From Eledone cirrhosa (lineage: Eukaryota): DNA of 64,000 nt. Made by a program: the position numbers and the translations under genes. Every line of letters starts with the position of its first letter. Position 1 is the stretch's first letter. The stretch covers positions 15,376,001 through 15,440,000 of the forward strand of contig OZ024752.1 of NCBI GenBank assembly GCA_964016885.1. Reading direction: 5' to 3'. Shown here in pieces: positions 61,938 to 64,000 of this stretch. The notes beneath the pieces were generated by a model. That model worked only from the letters and a program-made list of their open reading frames with translations, had not been told where the DNA came from and did no database searches.

Positions 61938-62665
61938 GTCCCTGGCAGTGCTACCGAGGAGCGCTACCAGTTCGAGACAAGCTCTACAGACATGGGCGCC
62001 CGAGCAGGGACCCTGCAAAAAAGATCTGTCCGAGGTGCGTGCGAGACGAAGAAACCGTCGCTCACGCATTCATACACTGCTCGGGCGTCACCAACCTGTG
62101 GGGCTATGTAGAACGACTATTGTCGCGGGTGGGACCAATCCGTTAAACCACCGAGTCCATTGTCATGACCAAACTGCCACCCTCCTTCAAAAACGAAGGA
62201 AAGGCGGTTTTCCTTTGTGTGATAGCTATGGCGAAAGAGGTTGTATGGTGGACAAGGTTGAAAGGGCTGAGGTCAGACACCTTTCTCTCCGGCCAACAAC
62301 TGATTATTTTTGGAAGAAGAATCAGGATGGAGAGAAAGGTGCTGTACCCCAGCAAGTTTTATGAATGGTGGGTGAAAGTGGCGAGAATGGCCCGAGTGAA
62401 TGGGCCTTCTCTCTATATCAGCCTGTAGGTTGAGGAAAAAGAGGAGGAGAGGAAAGGTGTACAAACTCTTCGTACTCCTGAAGATGAGGGTTGCACATTT
62501 TTTTTCAGGAGTATGTGTTAACCATATGTAATGTCTCCCCTATTGGGGAAAATCGACTAATTTTAAAATTGCATTTGTGATAATATTTTACACGTTTTTA
62601 TTGTATGTAAACTTCCCCCTTTGTATTTGTCCCCTTCTTTTGTGCCCCTGTGGCTAATAAAGAAA
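61938..62665 (+). mobile_element. Second, frameshifted 5'-truncated copy of the same L1/Tx1 family
   Basis: Homologous to 61062-61834; AVFLCVIAMAKEVVWWTRLKGLRS; ends in aataaagaaa plus TATC repeats. Confidence 0.8.
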
Positions 62666-63149
62666 CATATCTATCTATCTATATCAATCTATCTATTTAT
62701 ACACAACGAAAGATATCTATTTATACATATTTATCTTTTTATCTATTTATCTATTTATCTATCTATCTCTCTTATATTTATTTCTATATCCTGTTTTCTT
62801 CAATGAAACAAAAAACTCTCGCATTGTAGATGTAAACAGATAAATACATCATACACCTCACAATTTCCATATAATGTCTTATTTTGCTTCCTGATTTCAT
62901 TTCATTAGTTATTCGAACTGTCTAGATCCTGTTTAATACATAATGAAGCTCATGGGAAAACATAAATATGACAAGGATTAAATACAATATTTACTGCTGA
63001 AGTGGTGCTGGGCATGAATTGTAAATTAATAAAAATAAGAAAATGGTTTATAATGAGTAATATGAATTCCCATGAGGAAATCTAAATGTACTGTTACAGA
63101 AATTCCAGAACTTCCATTTTTTGTGTACTTATGAAATGTATGAAAGGAA

Positions 63150-63290
63150 CGAATTATCAGATTCGTTAGAACGTCTGATAGAATACTTTGCGGCATTCGT
63201 TTCGGCTATATGCTCTCCGAGTTCAAATCCTACCGAGGTCAACTTTGCCTTTCATCCATTCTAGGTCGATAAAAAAGTACCAGTCTAGTC
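63150..63290 (+). mobile_element. Diverged Nin-domain SINE
   Basis: gagttcaaatcctaccgaggtcaactttgcctttcatcc...gtcgataaaaaagtaccag. Confidence 0.75.
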
Positions 63291-64000
63291 CCGGAGTATA
63301 TTCTTTCTCGGTACCACTTTTCCACTCCTTCTATGTCTAGTACACTACATCCTTCTCCGGAAGAAATCTGTTATATTCAGACCTGGAGAGGGGATTGGCT
63401 CCGCTAGGTTTAGAAATGTCCTAGAAACGCTGTATGTCAATATGGCGCCTCAATGCGTCCCTCAGAAGTTAAAGGGACAATGGGGATGATGAAATGTTCG
63501 AAATAAACGTGCCATTTACCATTTGAGAGATAGTCAGGGCAATGTGAAATGGTAAAATTTCCCAACATTTGAAAGAAATTAAAATTGGGCAAGTGATTTA
63601 AATGTTCACATTTGTATGATATTTGAAAATATAATCATTTATTTTAAAATGTCATTATATACACGTCCTTCAAAATGGAGTTTCAGCACATTTTCAAATA
63701 AATGTTATGAGATAACGTGTTCGAGAACGATATTCGACTTTAATCATTACAAATGACTTTCTCTAGGCCTTAGGTATGATGTCAGTACAGAAACCTTTCC
63801 ATTTCTGTATATATTGCATGCATATCACGACTTTTGCAAATGAATCACTAACAGATAAGATCGAAAACTGCATTACATCAGCCGCAAGCAATATAAACGT
63901 TACTATATTACTGAGAAGGATACAAACATTAAACGATGTTTGAAAAGATACTGTGGTTAAGGAATTATAAGTTTCTCACTGTATATAAGGTTTGCCATAA

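Overview
AT-rich eukaryotic non-coding DNA, most likely from an octopus or other cephalopod genome. This is inferred from the many Nin-domain tRNA-derived SINEs and very long (TA)n arrays. No host protein-coding exon could be supported, and almost all ORFs in the track are microsatellite artefacts. The window is a mosaic of microsatellites, about 15 SINEs, a defective IR/DR-type Tc1 (DD34E) transposon, Tc1/mariner MITEs, and fragments of RTE, CRE, L1/Tx1 and Penelope-like (GIY-YIG) retroelements. The most notable signal is roughly 20 minimal type I hammerhead ribozyme (HHR) motifs from several families, many within fold-back inverted repeats embedded in (TA)n. These include a young tandem array of 466-nt, highly structured, ORF-less HHR units (56891-58135) and a related dispersed, circularly permuted ~430-nt family. 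Both carry an octamer motif, so they are candidate retrozymes or circular RNAs reminiscent of newt satellite 2. The (TA)n arrays around the Tc1 element are also studded with TACAGTA/TACTGTA, the canonical Tc1/Sleeping Beauty excision footprint. All calls were made by eye, and element boundaries are approximate unless motifs are quoted.
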